From NCBI GenBank assembly GCA_943355155.1, contig CALREJ010000002.1, positions 11,910 through 75,909 of the forward strand: a stretch of DNA of 64,000 bases, in the 5' to 3' direction. Positions 9,042-18,375 of the stretch are shown one piece after another (the stretch's first letter is position 1; the number at the start of each line of letters is the position of its first letter). Position numbers and translations under genes: made by a program. This DNA comes from Candidatus Peribacteria bacterium. Lineage in GTDB: Bacteria > Patescibacteriota > Gracilibacteria > Peribacterales > Peribacteraceae. The notes beneath the pieces are model-generated. The model was not told the DNA's origin and did not search any database. It saw only the letters and a program-made list of their open reading frames with translations.

Positions 9042-9614
9042 CTATCCTCTAAAATGGTGTTCCTCAGGTGCGTGAGGCGGAGGCGGTGGTGGAGGAGGCG
9101 GAGGTTCGAGCATTGTTTCCGTTCGTTCACTTAAAGGTGCTGAGTCTTCGGGATGATGAAAAGTGTCTTGCTGTGCATTTTGTAGCTCCTCCTGCCATTT
9201 CAAAAAGCAATAAATGGTGGTGACAATACTTCCGATCAGAACAAAATACATGCCAAAGCGGATTTCAACGTGCGCAAATTCGTATGTTACTTTCATGAGG
9301 ACAGACAGCGCGGCAATCGAGAGGATCGTTGTCTGAGCCGCAATACAAAGTCGGGTAATCTCTTTATGTTTCCTGCGGATGAGAACAGGACCGCCGAGCA
9401 TCGGAGAAAACGTGACAGATATCAATGTCAGAAGAAGAAGAAAAATAATCCATCCGATGAAGGAAGTATAAAAACTGAAACCGGAGTATGAATCCAATTC
9501 TCCGCCCGGCCACTCACCCGAAAGCCACGGAAAAAAAACAGAGAGCAGCGCAAAAAGTGCTGCGCCATTGAGTATGCGTTCTTCGAGATCGAGCGACGCA
9601 AATGCCCGTTTCAT
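9042..9614 (-). CDS. Multi-pass membrane protein with a C-terminal Pro10 tract
   Basis: About five hydrophobic helices. The C-terminus reads EPPPPPPPPPPHAPEEHH. The start is taken at MKRAFASLD. Confidence 0.6.
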   Translation of the reverse strand: MKRAFASLDLEERILNGAALFALLSVFFPWLSGEWPGGELDSYSGFSFYTSFIGWIIFLLLLTLISVTFSPMLGGPVLIRRKHKEITRLCIAAQTTILSIAALSVLMKVTYEFAHVEIRFGMYFVLIGSIVTTIYCFLKWQEELQNAQQDTFHHPEDSAPLSERTETMLEPPPPPPPPPPHAPEEHHFRG

Positions 9615-9668
9615 GTGTCGTACCATAGTGAGATGGTACCAGAGCTGCGACCCAAGTACACTCTGTTC

Positions 9669-10739
9669 ATGCATCTGGCGATTGATGTTCGAGAAGCGTG
9701 CAGTTCGACACGTACCGGCAAGGGACAGTGGACGTATGGTTTTGTGTCAGAGCTTTTAAATCGTGAAATTGAGCTCACTCTTTTTTCGAACTCCCCTCTT
9801 CCGGTTGAGTGGCGTGATGTGATCAAAAAAAAATCAGATCAGGTTCATGTGCAGCATATTTCTGCGCGAGGATTTTTGTGGCATTGGAAGGTTTCCTCTG
9901 CGACGATGAAATCATCGGAGATTGATTTTTATGTGAGCACAGTGAGTTTTATCGTCCCGTTTCTGCTTGGGAAAAAGAAATCTGTGATTCCTGTGGTGCA
10001 CGATCTGATTGCATTCAGAAGCGAACCGCACGATCGTAAGGCAACCTTTATTGAGCGTCTCACACTACGTCGCACATTACGATCCGCGCGGAAAATTTGT
10101 ACAGTGAGCAACACGACAAAAAATGATCTCCTTGTTCGATATTCTTTTCTGATGGCTGATGCAATTGTTCCTATTTTTGCAGGGCCCGTTTCGCAATCAG
10201 AAATTCGATCATCACATGGGAAAAATACAATTCTTTCTCTCGGTACTTTGTGTCCGCGGAAAAATCAGTTGCGTATTATTCAGGCGTACAAAAATCTTCC
10301 CGATGAGATTCGGTCAAAGACAGAGCTAATCTTAGTCGGAAAAAGCGGTTGGAATGATGCAGACATTGTTGCGCTGGCTACGTCGACAGAGGGCGTGACA
10401 TGGAAAAAGTACGTGTCTGATGACGAGGTCGATCACTTGATGCACACTGCAACATTCCTTGCGTTTCCCTCTCTGTACGAAGGATTTGGTATGCCGATTC
10501 TTGATGCATTTCGCATAGGCCTTTCGGTTATTACTTCAGACAGAGGAAGCATGAAAGAAATCGCAGAAGGAAGCGCGATTCTCGTCGATCCTGAAAGCAT
10601 TTCCGATCTGAAAAATTCGTTTATGCGCTTACTCGAAGATTCGCATCTCAGGCACGATCTTTCCGAAAAAGGCAAAGTTCGTTCACAGGATTTTACATGG
10701 AAGAAAACGGTGGATCTTTTCCTCGATGGGATTCGTTGA
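9669..10739 (+). CDS. Glycosyltransferase, GT4 (GT-B) family
   Basis: C-terminal EGFGMPILDAF...ITSDRGSMKEIAEGSAILVDP is the typical Glycos_transf_1 E-x7-E region. Confidence 0.8.
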   Translation: MHLAIDVREACSSTRTGKGQWTYGFVSELLNREIELTLFSNSPLPVEWRDVIKKKSDQVHVQHISARGFLWHWKVSSATMKSSEIDFYVSTVSFIVPFLLGKKKSVIPVVHDLIAFRSEPHDRKATFIERLTLRRTLRSARKICTVSNTTKNDLLVRYSFLMADAIVPIFAGPVSQSEIRSSHGKNTILSLGTLCPRKNQLRIIQAYKNLPDEIRSKTELILVGKSGWNDADIVALATSTEGVTWKKYVSDDEVDHLMHTATFLAFPSLYEGFGMPILDAFRIGLSVITSDRGSMKEIAEGSAILVDPESISDLKNSFMRLLEDSHLRHDLSEKGKVRSQDFTWKKTVDLFLDGIR

Positions 10740-10772
10740 CAATTTCTCTTTCTTCAACGAACGTATCTGCAT

Positions 10773-11660
10773 ATGAACAAGTACAAACGCATCGGCCTTA
10801 CAGTGAAGCCGCGACTCACGGAAAAAGACGAAACACTTCAGCACGTTCTTTCGATTCTCAATGAATTGCAACTCGATGTTTTTGTCGACCGAAAAAATGT
10901 TGGTGATATTGCCTGTACCAAAAAATTTCCGGATCTGAAAAGTGCGGATGACATCGATTTACTCCTTGTGATCGGTGGGGACGGAACTATTTTCCGAGCA
11001 CTTCGTGAACTTCAGAGTTTTGCAGTTCCCATCCTTACGGTGAATAAAGGTTCAGTTGGTTTTTTGGCAGAAATCGGATTGCAGGAAGTGGATGCATTGT
11101 TTCCGAAACTTCTGGGGGGTGAGGGTGTCATTGAAGAACGTCGAATTCTTTCTGTCGAAGTTGTGCGAAACGGCGAACATATTTTCCAGTGTTTTGCTCT
11201 CAATGAAGCCGTTATTTCGCAGGGAACTATTTCCCGTCTGCTTGACTTGAAAACGACTGTTGCAGATGAGCCCCTCGCAACGTATCACGCAGATGGACTC
11301 ATCATCGCAACGCCGACGGGATCCACCGCGTATTCACTCGCAGCAGGTGGCCCCGTTGTTCATCCGCAACTGTCCGCACTTATCATCACACCCATCAATC
11401 CGCACAGTTTCAATCAGCGTCCGATTGTGATCCCCGGAACGAGTGTGGTCGATGTGCAGGTGGCAAAGTGCAACGATTCTTTTTTGGAAAGTACAGTTGG
11501 TCTCACGCTCGACGGACAGATTTATCATGAACTCCAAAAAGACGATCACATCATCGCTCGCATTCACGACAAAACCGCAAAATTCATCCGTCGCAAAGAA
11601 GATACGTTTTTTCATACATTGCGGACGAAATTGAAATGGGCGGAGAGGTTGGAGAAGTGA
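10773..11660 (+). CDS. nadK: NAD kinase
   Basis: LVIGGDGTIFRA (GGDGT motif), NEAVI, and GLIIATPTGSTAYSLAAGGP. Confidence 0.9.
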   Translation: MNKYKRIGLTVKPRLTEKDETLQHVLSILNELQLDVFVDRKNVGDIACTKKFPDLKSADDIDLLLVIGGDGTIFRALRELQSFAVPILTVNKGSVGFLAEIGLQEVDALFPKLLGGEGVIEERRILSVEVVRNGEHIFQCFALNEAVISQGTISRLLDLKTTVADEPLATYHADGLIIATPTGSTAYSLAAGGPVVHPQLSALIITPINPHSFNQRPIVIPGTSVVDVQVAKCNDSFLESTVGLTLDGQIYHELQKDDHIIARIHDKTAKFIRRKEDTFFHTLRTKLKWAERLEK

Positions 11661-12260
11661 TTATATTTCTTTTTGTGCACGAACAAGACTAACTATTGCC
11701 TCATTTTTTTTCATAGTTATTTCTGGGAAAGAATCAATTGTCATCGCTCGCCCTTGCAGTGGATTGAGGATTCTAGTTTTCCCATCCTCGTCTGTTTCAG
11801 GAACAGGTTCATAAAAAAGATGGTCTTTCTTTTTTCGAATGCATGTTGGCAATGCCAATAGACCTCTATAAAGATCTTGATGTGTTTCATAATCGGGTAT
11901 GCGCTCAAGTGATAAGAGACAAATGTGCAAAAGTCGTCTTTTTCTAATTACAAGTGATCCAACTGCACCATCTGCAAATTCCAATGTGGGAACTGCACAA
12001 ATTGCAATATCAGCATCAAATAAAAACCCATCGATGTAGCTGTAATCACCTTCATTTGGTAATAATATTTTTTTCTTACTTTTTGGTAATGGCCACGCAA
12101 TTTCTTTACAACTACTCCCCGAACCTTTTTTTTGAAATTCAGAATTCAGTGCCGCAACAAACTTTGATGAAAAACATCGCAATTTTTGATTAATAGTTCT
12201 TCGGTCAGTATCTACCCCAGCTATCTCACGGTGGTATACGTTTATAGATATTTTTTCCAT
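11661..12260 (-). CDS. Hypothetical protein in a visibly AT-rich islet
   Basis: Long ORF with ATG at 12258-12260 (MEKISINVYH...); the tracked start at 12296 is TTG. No motif recognised. Its base composition differs clearly from the flanking nadK and prmC. Confidence 0.55.
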   Translation of the reverse strand: MEKISINVYHREIAGVDTDRRTINQKLRCFSSKFVAALNSEFQKKGSGSSCKEIAWPLPKSKKKILLPNEGDYSYIDGFLFDADIAICAVPTLEFADGAVGSLVIRKRRLLHICLLSLERIPDYETHQDLYRGLLALPTCIRKKKDHLFYEPVPETDEDGKTRILNPLQGRAMTIDSFPEITMKKNEAIVSLVRAQKEI

Positions 12261-12292
12261 GGAGTGTACTTCTATTCTTTTCTTAGAAGGAG

Positions 12293-13075
12293 TCAACTCA
12301 TTTGTAGTTTTTTACACTCCATCACAACCCCGACGCACATGGGATGATTTTTTGCCTGTTTCAAAATTACTTCAATCACATCGCGGCCGTCTATTCCTCC
12401 AAAGAGTGCTTTGTGTGGCTCAAAATCAGCAACATCAGGCATTAATGTTTCGCTGTCCGGAATGTACGGCGGATTGGTGACGATGAGAAAGGGTTGATCG
12501 AAATCTTTTAATGGATCGAGTCCACTCCCCTGCTTGAAAATAATTCGATCCAGCACGTTCCATTTGCGGGCATTTTTTTGTGCAACGAACAGTGCCTCTT
12601 TGCTGATGTCGGTTGCTATGATTGTGAGATCTGGCAGTTCGCATGCTAGTGTCACTGCGAGGCATCCGCTTCCTGTGCCGATGTCCTCAATTACTTTAAC
12701 AGAATCAACATTGCCCCAAATATTTGCAAACGCAATGATGCCATTATCAATCTCTGTGATCCGCGGAACTTTTTCACCTTTGAAAACTTTGAGAGTAATG
12801 GAAACTAATTCTTCTGTGGCAGGACGAGGAATGAGAACTGATGGATCTACAAAAAAATCTCTTCCAAAAAATGCGCGCAGTCCCGTGATGTACGAAACAG
12901 GTTCGTGGGACTTTCGCCTCTGCACGATGAGTTCCCATTCTTTCAATTGTTTCTCTGTGAGCTCGTATTCGGGATGCGCGATGATCCATGTGCGATCTTG
13001 TTTTAGAATATTTCCAAGCAGGATTTCTGCGTCGGACCTGTCAATATCACTTTGGAGTGCTTTTTCTATCTTCAT
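12293..13075 (-). CDS. prmC: Release-factor glutamine N5-methyltransferase PrmC
   Basis: SAM motif IEDIGTGSGCLAV and catalytic VTNPPYIP. The start is taken at MKIEKALQSD. Confidence 0.85.
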   Translation of the reverse strand: MKIEKALQSDIDRSDAEILLGNILKQDRTWIIAHPEYELTEKQLKEWELIVQRRKSHEPVSYITGLRAFFGRDFFVDPSVLIPRPATEELVSITLKVFKGEKVPRITEIDNGIIAFANIWGNVDSVKVIEDIGTGSGCLAVTLACELPDLTIIATDISKEALFVAQKNARKWNVLDRIIFKQGSGLDPLKDFDQPFLIVTNPPYIPDSETLMPDVADFEPHKALFGGIDGRDVIEVILKQAKNHPMCVGVVMECKKLQMS

Positions 13076-13092
13076 ACCGCTACTATGCCACA

Positions 13093-14139
13093 GTGAAGCA
13101 TATTTTGATTGATTGTCGGTTTGGTGACTCTTTATCGGGTCTTGGGCGGTATACACGTGAATTGGTGACACATCTTGTCGCAAAGAATTCCGATATTCAG
13201 TATTCACTTCTTCTTCGAAATTCGCATGCACGCTGGATTCCAGATCACATTGCTGCCGATCAGCGCATTCATGCCGATATTGCACACTATTCTTTTGCCG
13301 AACAAATGAAACTGCCATCCATAATTAAAAAATCCGGAGCGGATCTTTTCTTTTCCCTCCATTTCAATGTTCCCCTCTCGTGTCCGATTCCGTTTGTCGT
13401 CACCATTCACGATCTGATTTTACATCGGTATCCCAATGATGCATCGATATTGAAGCGCCTTGCCTATAAAAAAATAATGCAGCATGCAGTCACGTACGCG
13501 AGATCAATTATCAGTATTTCAGATTTTGTGAAACAGGAATTGCAGGATGCTTATGGAAAAAAAATATCTCAGAAAATAACGGTCATACATGAGGGAGTGG
13601 ATAAGAATTATCGTTCTGTAGATATTCATGAAGTACAGCGAGTCCGACAACAGTACCATTTGCAAAAGCCGTATTTTCTCTACATCGGAAATGTGAAGCA
13701 ACATAAAAATGTGCAGGTGTTGCTCGATGCATTTATTGCGAGTGATAGAAACGATTGTGACTTTGTCCTGATCTCCGGAGGAAAAGAGTGGAGTCGGTTT
13801 GGCGAATTTCCACCCAATATAAAAATCATTCGCGATGTTCCGGACGCCGATATGCCGGCTTTGCTCTCGGGCTCACTTTGCTTTGTTACTGCATCGCTCT
13901 ATGAGGGATTTTGCTTGCCTGTGGCCGAGGCACTTGCATGTGGTACGCCTGTTGTCGCGACAAACGGCAGTGCGATCAGAGAAATTGCAGAGGGCCATGC
14001 AATGCTTGTTGAGCCAGATGTCGAATCATTTATCGGAGCGTTCCGCAATCCCCCATCAAAAGTCGAACCCTATCGCATTGGGTCGTGGGAACAGACTGCG
14101 AGGAAGACAAAAGAAGTCCTGCTTTCTTCTATACAATAA
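13093..14139 (+). CDS. Glycosyltransferase, GT4 (GT-B) family
   Basis: EGFCLPVAEALACGTPVVATNGSAIREIAEG. The likely start is GTG 13093 (VKHILIDCRF), because the ATG at 12988 would overlap prmC. Confidence 0.8.
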   Translation: MKHILIDCRFGDSLSGLGRYTRELVTHLVAKNSDIQYSLLLRNSHARWIPDHIAADQRIHADIAHYSFAEQMKLPSIIKKSGADLFFSLHFNVPLSCPIPFVVTIHDLILHRYPNDASILKRLAYKKIMQHAVTYARSIISISDFVKQELQDAYGKKISQKITVIHEGVDKNYRSVDIHEVQRVRQQYHLQKPYFLYIGNVKQHKNVQVLLDAFIASDRNDCDFVLISGGKEWSRFGEFPPNIKIIRDVPDADMPALLSGSLCFVTASLYEGFCLPVAEALACGTPVVATNGSAIREIAEGHAMLVEPDVESFIGAFRNPPSKVEPYRIGSWEQTARKTKEVLLSSIQ

Positions 14140-14185
14140 AAATCCCCGCACGTTGCGAGGACTTTTTCTATTGTAACAATCTCAC

Positions 14186-15652
14186 TTAACTTTCAATCGA
14201 AACGGTGGTGGATGTTGGAGAAGAAAGAACTGCAGGAGCAGTCACATCCGTAATTTCAACCGTAAATGTTTTTCCGGGTGAGTCTGCTTTGTTTGCGATC
14301 GGGATGACAATCACTTTACTTGCTTCACCGGGGAGGAACGTCAGCGTTCCCGAAGTGTAGGTAAATGCGGTTCCTGCCGCTGCAGTGCCATTCGTCGTTG
14401 CGTAGTTGACGGAAACGGTTCCGACGGTTCCTCCTGTGCGAAGCACAGTCACGCCGACCGTGCCCGCTGACTTGCTCACGGAATAGACATTTTTTACAAA
14501 TTTGAGCGTTCCGGAATCAAACGTGCCGGATTCATCGTCAAAGAGAGTTACCGTTGCGCCCGCAGCACCCAGACTTGCTCCTCCGGTGACGGTGCCGAGA
14601 ATAATATTGAAACTCTTATTTCCAGTGATATTGGAATTTGCGATGACCGGAATCGAAAAAGTTTTGGTCGTCTCGCCCGCATTGAATGTCAGCGTGCCAG
14701 TCACCGTTGTGTAATCCGATCCGGACGTTGCTGTGCCATTGCTTGTTCCGTAGTTTACTCCGACAACACCCGTGCTTCCTCCCGCCCGCGCGACGGTGAT
14801 TACGATCGATCCGGCTTTTTCATTGACCATGTACGTTGCGGCATTCAAACCAAGTGTTCCCGCAGGGTTAGCGGATGAGCTGCTCGAAGCCGTACCTGTC
14901 GACGATGTACTTGATGCCTGCACTGTCTGGTTATCGGTGATCGTCACTGTCGCAACTCCGGGGTTAGCAAGTTTTTGGCTGCCGACCGGATTACTCAGCG
15001 TGATCGTGAAATTCTTGTTGCCTTGTGCGATGGGATTATTGCTGACGCTGATAGAGAACGTTTTGCTTGTTTCGTTCGTCAGGAGCGTCAGAGTGCCTTT
15101 CGTTGTCGTGTAATCAGTTCCATTCACAGCCGTGCCATCTGTCGTTGCGTAGTCGACACTCACCGTTCCCTTCGCTCCTCCCGTTCGTGTGACGCCGATT
15201 TTTACTGACCCTGCACTTTCCGCCACAACGTACTCCTTTTGTGTTAGACGCACCCCGTACGAGCTATACGACATCGTGCTCGAACTGCTGCTCACCGATG
15301 ATGAGCTCGACGAAGAAGCACTGCTGACGGACGAAGTGCTGCTCCTTGAAGAACTTTGCACGACGTTGCCATTTACCACTTCCGTGCGAAATCGATCAAG
15401 CATCACTGCAAGTTGTCCGCGTGTTACGTAGTCATTCGGACCAAATGTCCGGCTGTTATATCCTTTGATCACGCCGAGGCTGTACATGGTGCCAACAGCA
15501 CTGTCATAAAATGAACCGCTTTGCACATCGGAAAAAATCGATGAGCCAAGTATTGTGGACGCAATACCCGTGGTTGCCGCTCCGGCAAATGCACCCACGA
15601 GAAATGCAGCAGAAATAAGTGTACGAGTTGCTCTCTGTTTCAAGAAAGACAT
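14186..15652 (-). CDS. Secreted surface protein: signal peptide + SLH domain + Ser-rich linker + three Calx-beta-like modules
   Basis: The N-terminus has a hydrophobic leader. FSDVQSGSFYDSAVGTMYSLGVIKGY...VTRGQLAVMLDRF is SLH-like. Three modules of about 105 aa repeat GTVSVDYATTDGTAVNGTDYTTTKGTLTL..ETSKTFSI. Confidence 0.8.
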   Translation of the reverse strand: MSFLKQRATRTLISAAFLVGAFAGAATTGIASTILGSSIFSDVQSGSFYDSAVGTMYSLGVIKGYNSRTFGPNDYVTRGQLAVMLDRFRTEVVNGNVVQSSSRSSTSSVSSASSSSSSSVSSSSSTMSYSSYGVRLTQKEYVVAESAGSVKIGVTRTGGAKGTVSVDYATTDGTAVNGTDYTTTKGTLTLLTNETSKTFSISVSNNPIAQGNKNFTITLSNPVGSQKLANPGVATVTITDNQTVQASSTSSTGTASSSSSANPAGTLGLNAATYMVNEKAGSIVITVARAGGSTGVVGVNYGTSNGTATSGSDYTTVTGTLTFNAGETTKTFSIPVIANSNITGNKSFNIILGTVTGGASLGAAGATVTLFDDESGTFDSGTLKFVKNVYSVSKSAGTVGVTVLRTGGTVGTVSVNYATTNGTAAAGTAFTYTSGTLTFLPGEASKVIVIPIANKADSPGKTFTVEITDVTAPAVLSSPTSTTVSIES

Positions 15653-15795
15653 AAAGAAGGGGGAAAGAATTCTTTCACAGTCTGCAAATCATTCCTTCAC
15701 TTAGCAATTCAAATCGAATAGACAGAGTGCTGTTCCGATATTGCTCTAGGCTGTCAATTGTCTTCCGACACCTTTACGCAGAGAATTCACTTCTT

Positions 15796-16086
15796 ATGGA
15801 CTTGGCATCTCATATTCTCACCGGTGTTTTGCAAAAACGCGGACTGCGAGGCCATGCAGAGAGCGCTCTTGTGACACACAGGGCAAAAGAGTGGATCAAG
15901 AAGCATGCTCCGACCGTTGCATCCTCTATCCACGTGCGAACATTCCGCGATGGAGAGTTATTTCTTGAGTGCACCCATGCGATTGCCTTACAGGAGTGCG
16001 CGGGCTTTATGCGCGATTTACAGCATTATATTCAGTCGCAGTGCAGTTTTGTGAAAATTCTTCATATCAAGATACTTCGAGCATAA
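15796..16086 (+). CDS. DUF721/DciA-like small protein (tentative)
   Basis: About 96 aa. The pattern ...ALVTHRAKEWIKKH...VRTFRDGELFLECTHAIALQEC... resembles DUF721 by eye only. Confidence 0.4.
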   Translation: MDLASHILTGVLQKRGLRGHAESALVTHRAKEWIKKHAPTVASSIHVRTFRDGELFLECTHAIALQECAGFMRDLQHYIQSQCSFVKILHIKILRA

Positions 16087-16151
16087 AGGAAGACAAAATC
16101 CACTCTTGCGTTCAAAATGTGTTTTCCCTAGACTCTGTGCCCGTACAGCTT

Positions 16152-16556
16152 ATGCTCGTTCTTCGCCTGCAACGCACCGGCCGTAAAAATCTAGCTTCCT
16201 ACCGCATTGTTGCGGCGGAGAAGGCGCGACCTGTGAAAGCAAAGTTTATCGAAATCCTCGGACACTATCTTCCTGCACAGAAAACTGCGGAATTGAAAGT
16301 AGATACCGAGCGCGCGGCATTCTGGATCAAACAAGGCGCTATCCCCAGTGATACAGTTGCTCGCATTCTTTCGAAACAAGGAATGAAGGGAATGGAAAAA
16401 TATGTATCGAAGTACACAAAGAAGCGTTCGAAGAGTGCTCCTGCAGAGGAACCGGCCGCTCCTGTCGCTGCCGCATCCGCACCGGTAGAAGCTCCGGCGG
16501 CAACAGAGACACCCGCAGTAGAAGCTGCTACTGACAACGGGGAAAAGATGGAGTAA
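16152..16556 (+). CDS. rpsP: 30S ribosomal protein S16 with an Ala/Pro/Glu-rich C-terminal tail
   Basis: MLVLRLQRTGRKNLASYRIVAAEKARPVKAKFIEILGHYLP. Confidence 0.9.
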   Translation: MLVLRLQRTGRKNLASYRIVAAEKARPVKAKFIEILGHYLPAQKTAELKVDTERAAFWIKQGAIPSDTVARILSKQGMKGMEKYVSKYTKKRSKSAPAEEPAAPVAAASAPVEAPAATETPAVEAATDNGEKME

Positions 16557-16567
16557 GCTCGATCGGT

Positions 16568-16843
16568 ATGACAACAGCGACCCCCTCCACAGACACACCA
16601 GGACTTTCGTTTCTTCGCTATGTTCTCGAATCTATCATCGAGGATAAAGATGCGCTGATTATCGAATCCAAGCTTGATGAGCTTGGTATTTTATTGACGG
16701 TGCAGGTGAGCGACAGGGACATGGGGAAGCTTATCGGTAAAGGTGGCCAAACAGTCAAGGCGCTTCGCACGCTTCTTCGTTTGCTTGGTGGTAATCTGCA
16801 ACAGCGAATTAATCTGAAAATTCTGGAACCTCCAGTTTCTTAA
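16568..16843 (+). CDS. KH-domain RNA-binding protein (YlqC/UPF0109-like)
   Basis: GKLIGKGGQTVKALRTLL (GxxG KH motif). It sits in the conserved position after rpsP. Confidence 0.8.
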   Translation: MTTATPSTDTPGLSFLRYVLESIIEDKDALIIESKLDELGILLTVQVSDRDMGKLIGKGGQTVKALRTLLRLLGGNLQQRINLKILEPPVS

Positions 16844-16860
16844 ACCTTCCCCCATACAGC

Positions 16861-17199
16861 ATGCTCAGAGATCTTCTTGAAAACGGAAGTATTATCGACA
16901 TTGTCGCGACCTTTATCGCACTTGCCCTCATCGTCGCCTCCATTCTTTGTCTTGTCTTTATTATTATCGGCGGTATTAGTTTCATTCTCTCCGCCGGCAA
17001 TGAAGAAAAAATCAAGAAAGCCGTTCACACGATCCGCTATGCAATCATCGGACTTATCGTCACCTTCGTAGCGTTCTTCGCAGTGTCTTGGATCAGCAAA
17101 CTTCTCGATATCCCCTTCAACCTCGATTTCACGACGATCGTCAACCTGATGCAGGAGATCTTCCAGTCGCTGGGAAGTACATCGAGTAGTGCGCAGTGA
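16861..17199 (+). CDS. Small two-helix membrane protein, TrbC/VirB2 (T4SS pilin)-like (tentative)
   Basis: Two hydrophobic helices flank SAGNEEKIKKAVHTIRYAI, a layout typical of the small pilin-like proteins common in CPR genomes. Confidence 0.5.
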   Translation: MLRDLLENGSIIDIVATFIALALIVASILCLVFIIIGGISFILSAGNEEKIKKAVHTIRYAIIGLIVTFVAFFAVSWISKLLDIPFNLDFTTIVNLMQEIFQSLGSTSSSAQ

Positions 17200-17224
17200 G
17201 GGAGTTAGGAACTAGCTGTCGCTT

Positions 17225-18103
17225 CTAGTGTTGATTGTTTGCTGCTGATTGAAGCTTTTTAGCTTTCACAACATTGAGAACGAGTTCCAGAATTGTCATG
17301 GGACCAACTCCTCCGGGAACGGGGGTGATAGCCTGAGCGATTTCTAAAATTTCGTCATAGCCTGAAACATCTCCAACAAGCCTACCCTCATGTCTTGTAA
17401 TTCCTGCATCGATAACGATAGCTCCTGGTTTCACCATATCAGGAGTCACGATGCCATGCTTTCCGACTGCACTGAAAATAAGATCTGCATATCGTTGTGA
17501 AAAGTCTTTGATAATATTAGGTGGCGTATCAATGTGACAAATAAAAGGAGACACTCCTTGTTGAATGAGCATTGCGCCAAGAGGTTTTCCCACAACCTTC
17601 CCCTGTCCGATCATAATCGCAATTTTTCCTCTTAAGTCGGTTCCGTATTCTTTAAGCAAACGAATCATCCCTGCAGGTGTTGCAGGTGTAAGGTGGTCAA
17701 GCGTCGATGAATGCATGGTAAGACCTAAATTATCACTGCTTAGCCCATCCACATCTTTCAGCGGATGAACGGCGTCCAAAATTTCTGTTTCAATTTTTTT
17801 TAAATGCTCCGGTAGTGGAAGTTGGATAATAAAGCCAGTGACATCGGAATCTTCATTGAGTTCCCTTATCGCTTTCATTAAATTCTCAAAAGATATGTCG
17901 GTATTAAACTTTAAATGTTTGGCTCTCATGGCGATTTTTTTACATGCTTTCAATTTATTGCCTATGTATACATTGCTTGCGTCATTGTCACCAACCTGCA
18001 CGATAACAAGCTGTGGATTGAGTTTTTCCACCTCACTCTTCAGCAATTCGTCATTTAGGATTCGATCCGACGTTTCTCTGCCGTTGAGAATTGTTGCAGG
18101 CAT
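17225..18103 (-). CDS. folD: Bifunctional methylenetetrahydrofolate dehydrogenase/cyclohydrolase FolD
   Basis: LVIVQVGDNDASNVYIGNK, IIQLPLP, GQGKVVGKPL, and TPVPGGVGPMT. Confidence 0.92.
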   Translation of the reverse strand: MPATILNGRETSDRILNDELLKSEVEKLNPQLVIVQVGDNDASNVYIGNKLKACKKIAMRAKHLKFNTDISFENLMKAIRELNEDSDVTGFIIQLPLPEHLKKIETEILDAVHPLKDVDGLSSDNLGLTMHSSTLDHLTPATPAGMIRLLKEYGTDLRGKIAIMIGQGKVVGKPLGAMLIQQGVSPFICHIDTPPNIIKDFSQRYADLIFSAVGKHGIVTPDMVKPGAIVIDAGITRHEGRLVGDVSGYDEILEIAQAITPVPGGVGPMTILELVLNVVKAKKLQSAANNQH

Positions 18104-18161
18104 GATTTTAAAAAGGATTCAGTCTAGCATTTCGAAAAATTATGTATAATGAAAATAATCC

Positions 18162-18238
18162 GGGCGCCTAGCTCAGTTGGTTAGAGCATCTCGCTTACAC
18201 CGAGAGGGTCAGAGGTTCGAATCCTCTGGCGCCCACCA
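18162..18238 (+). tRNA. tRNA-Val (anticodon TAC), CCA encoded
   Basis: Manual cloverleaf: acceptor GGGCGCC/GGCGCCC, D stem GCTC/GAGC, anticodon stem TCTCG/CGAGA with loop CTTACAC, T arm AGAGG-TTCGAAT-CCTCT. Confidence 0.9.
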
Positions 18239-18375
18239 TTCGACTCGCTCCGCTCGCTCACCCTTCGACTGTGAGCTCAGGGTTGTCGAACAGTGGTCTC
18301 CGCGCTCAGCGCTTCGGCCATTCTTTTCATGCGAGTCGAATGACAGTGAGCGAAGCCGGAGCGTAGTCGAACTGC
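18239..18375. repeat. Structured repeat block (nested TTCGAC / GTCGAA inverted repeats)
   Basis: TTCGACTCGC (18239-18248) pairs with GCGAGTCGAA (18331-18340). Several further TCGAC/GTCGAA and GTGAGCG units lie between and after them. Confidence 0.6.

Noticed and set aside
12988-13092. ATG-initiated N-terminal extension of the second GT4 glycosyltransferase
   Set aside because: It would overlap the prmC 5' end on the opposite strand by about 90 nt, and the extension has no conserved look. GTG 13093 (VKHILIDCRF) fits family N-termini better. The start remains uncertain.
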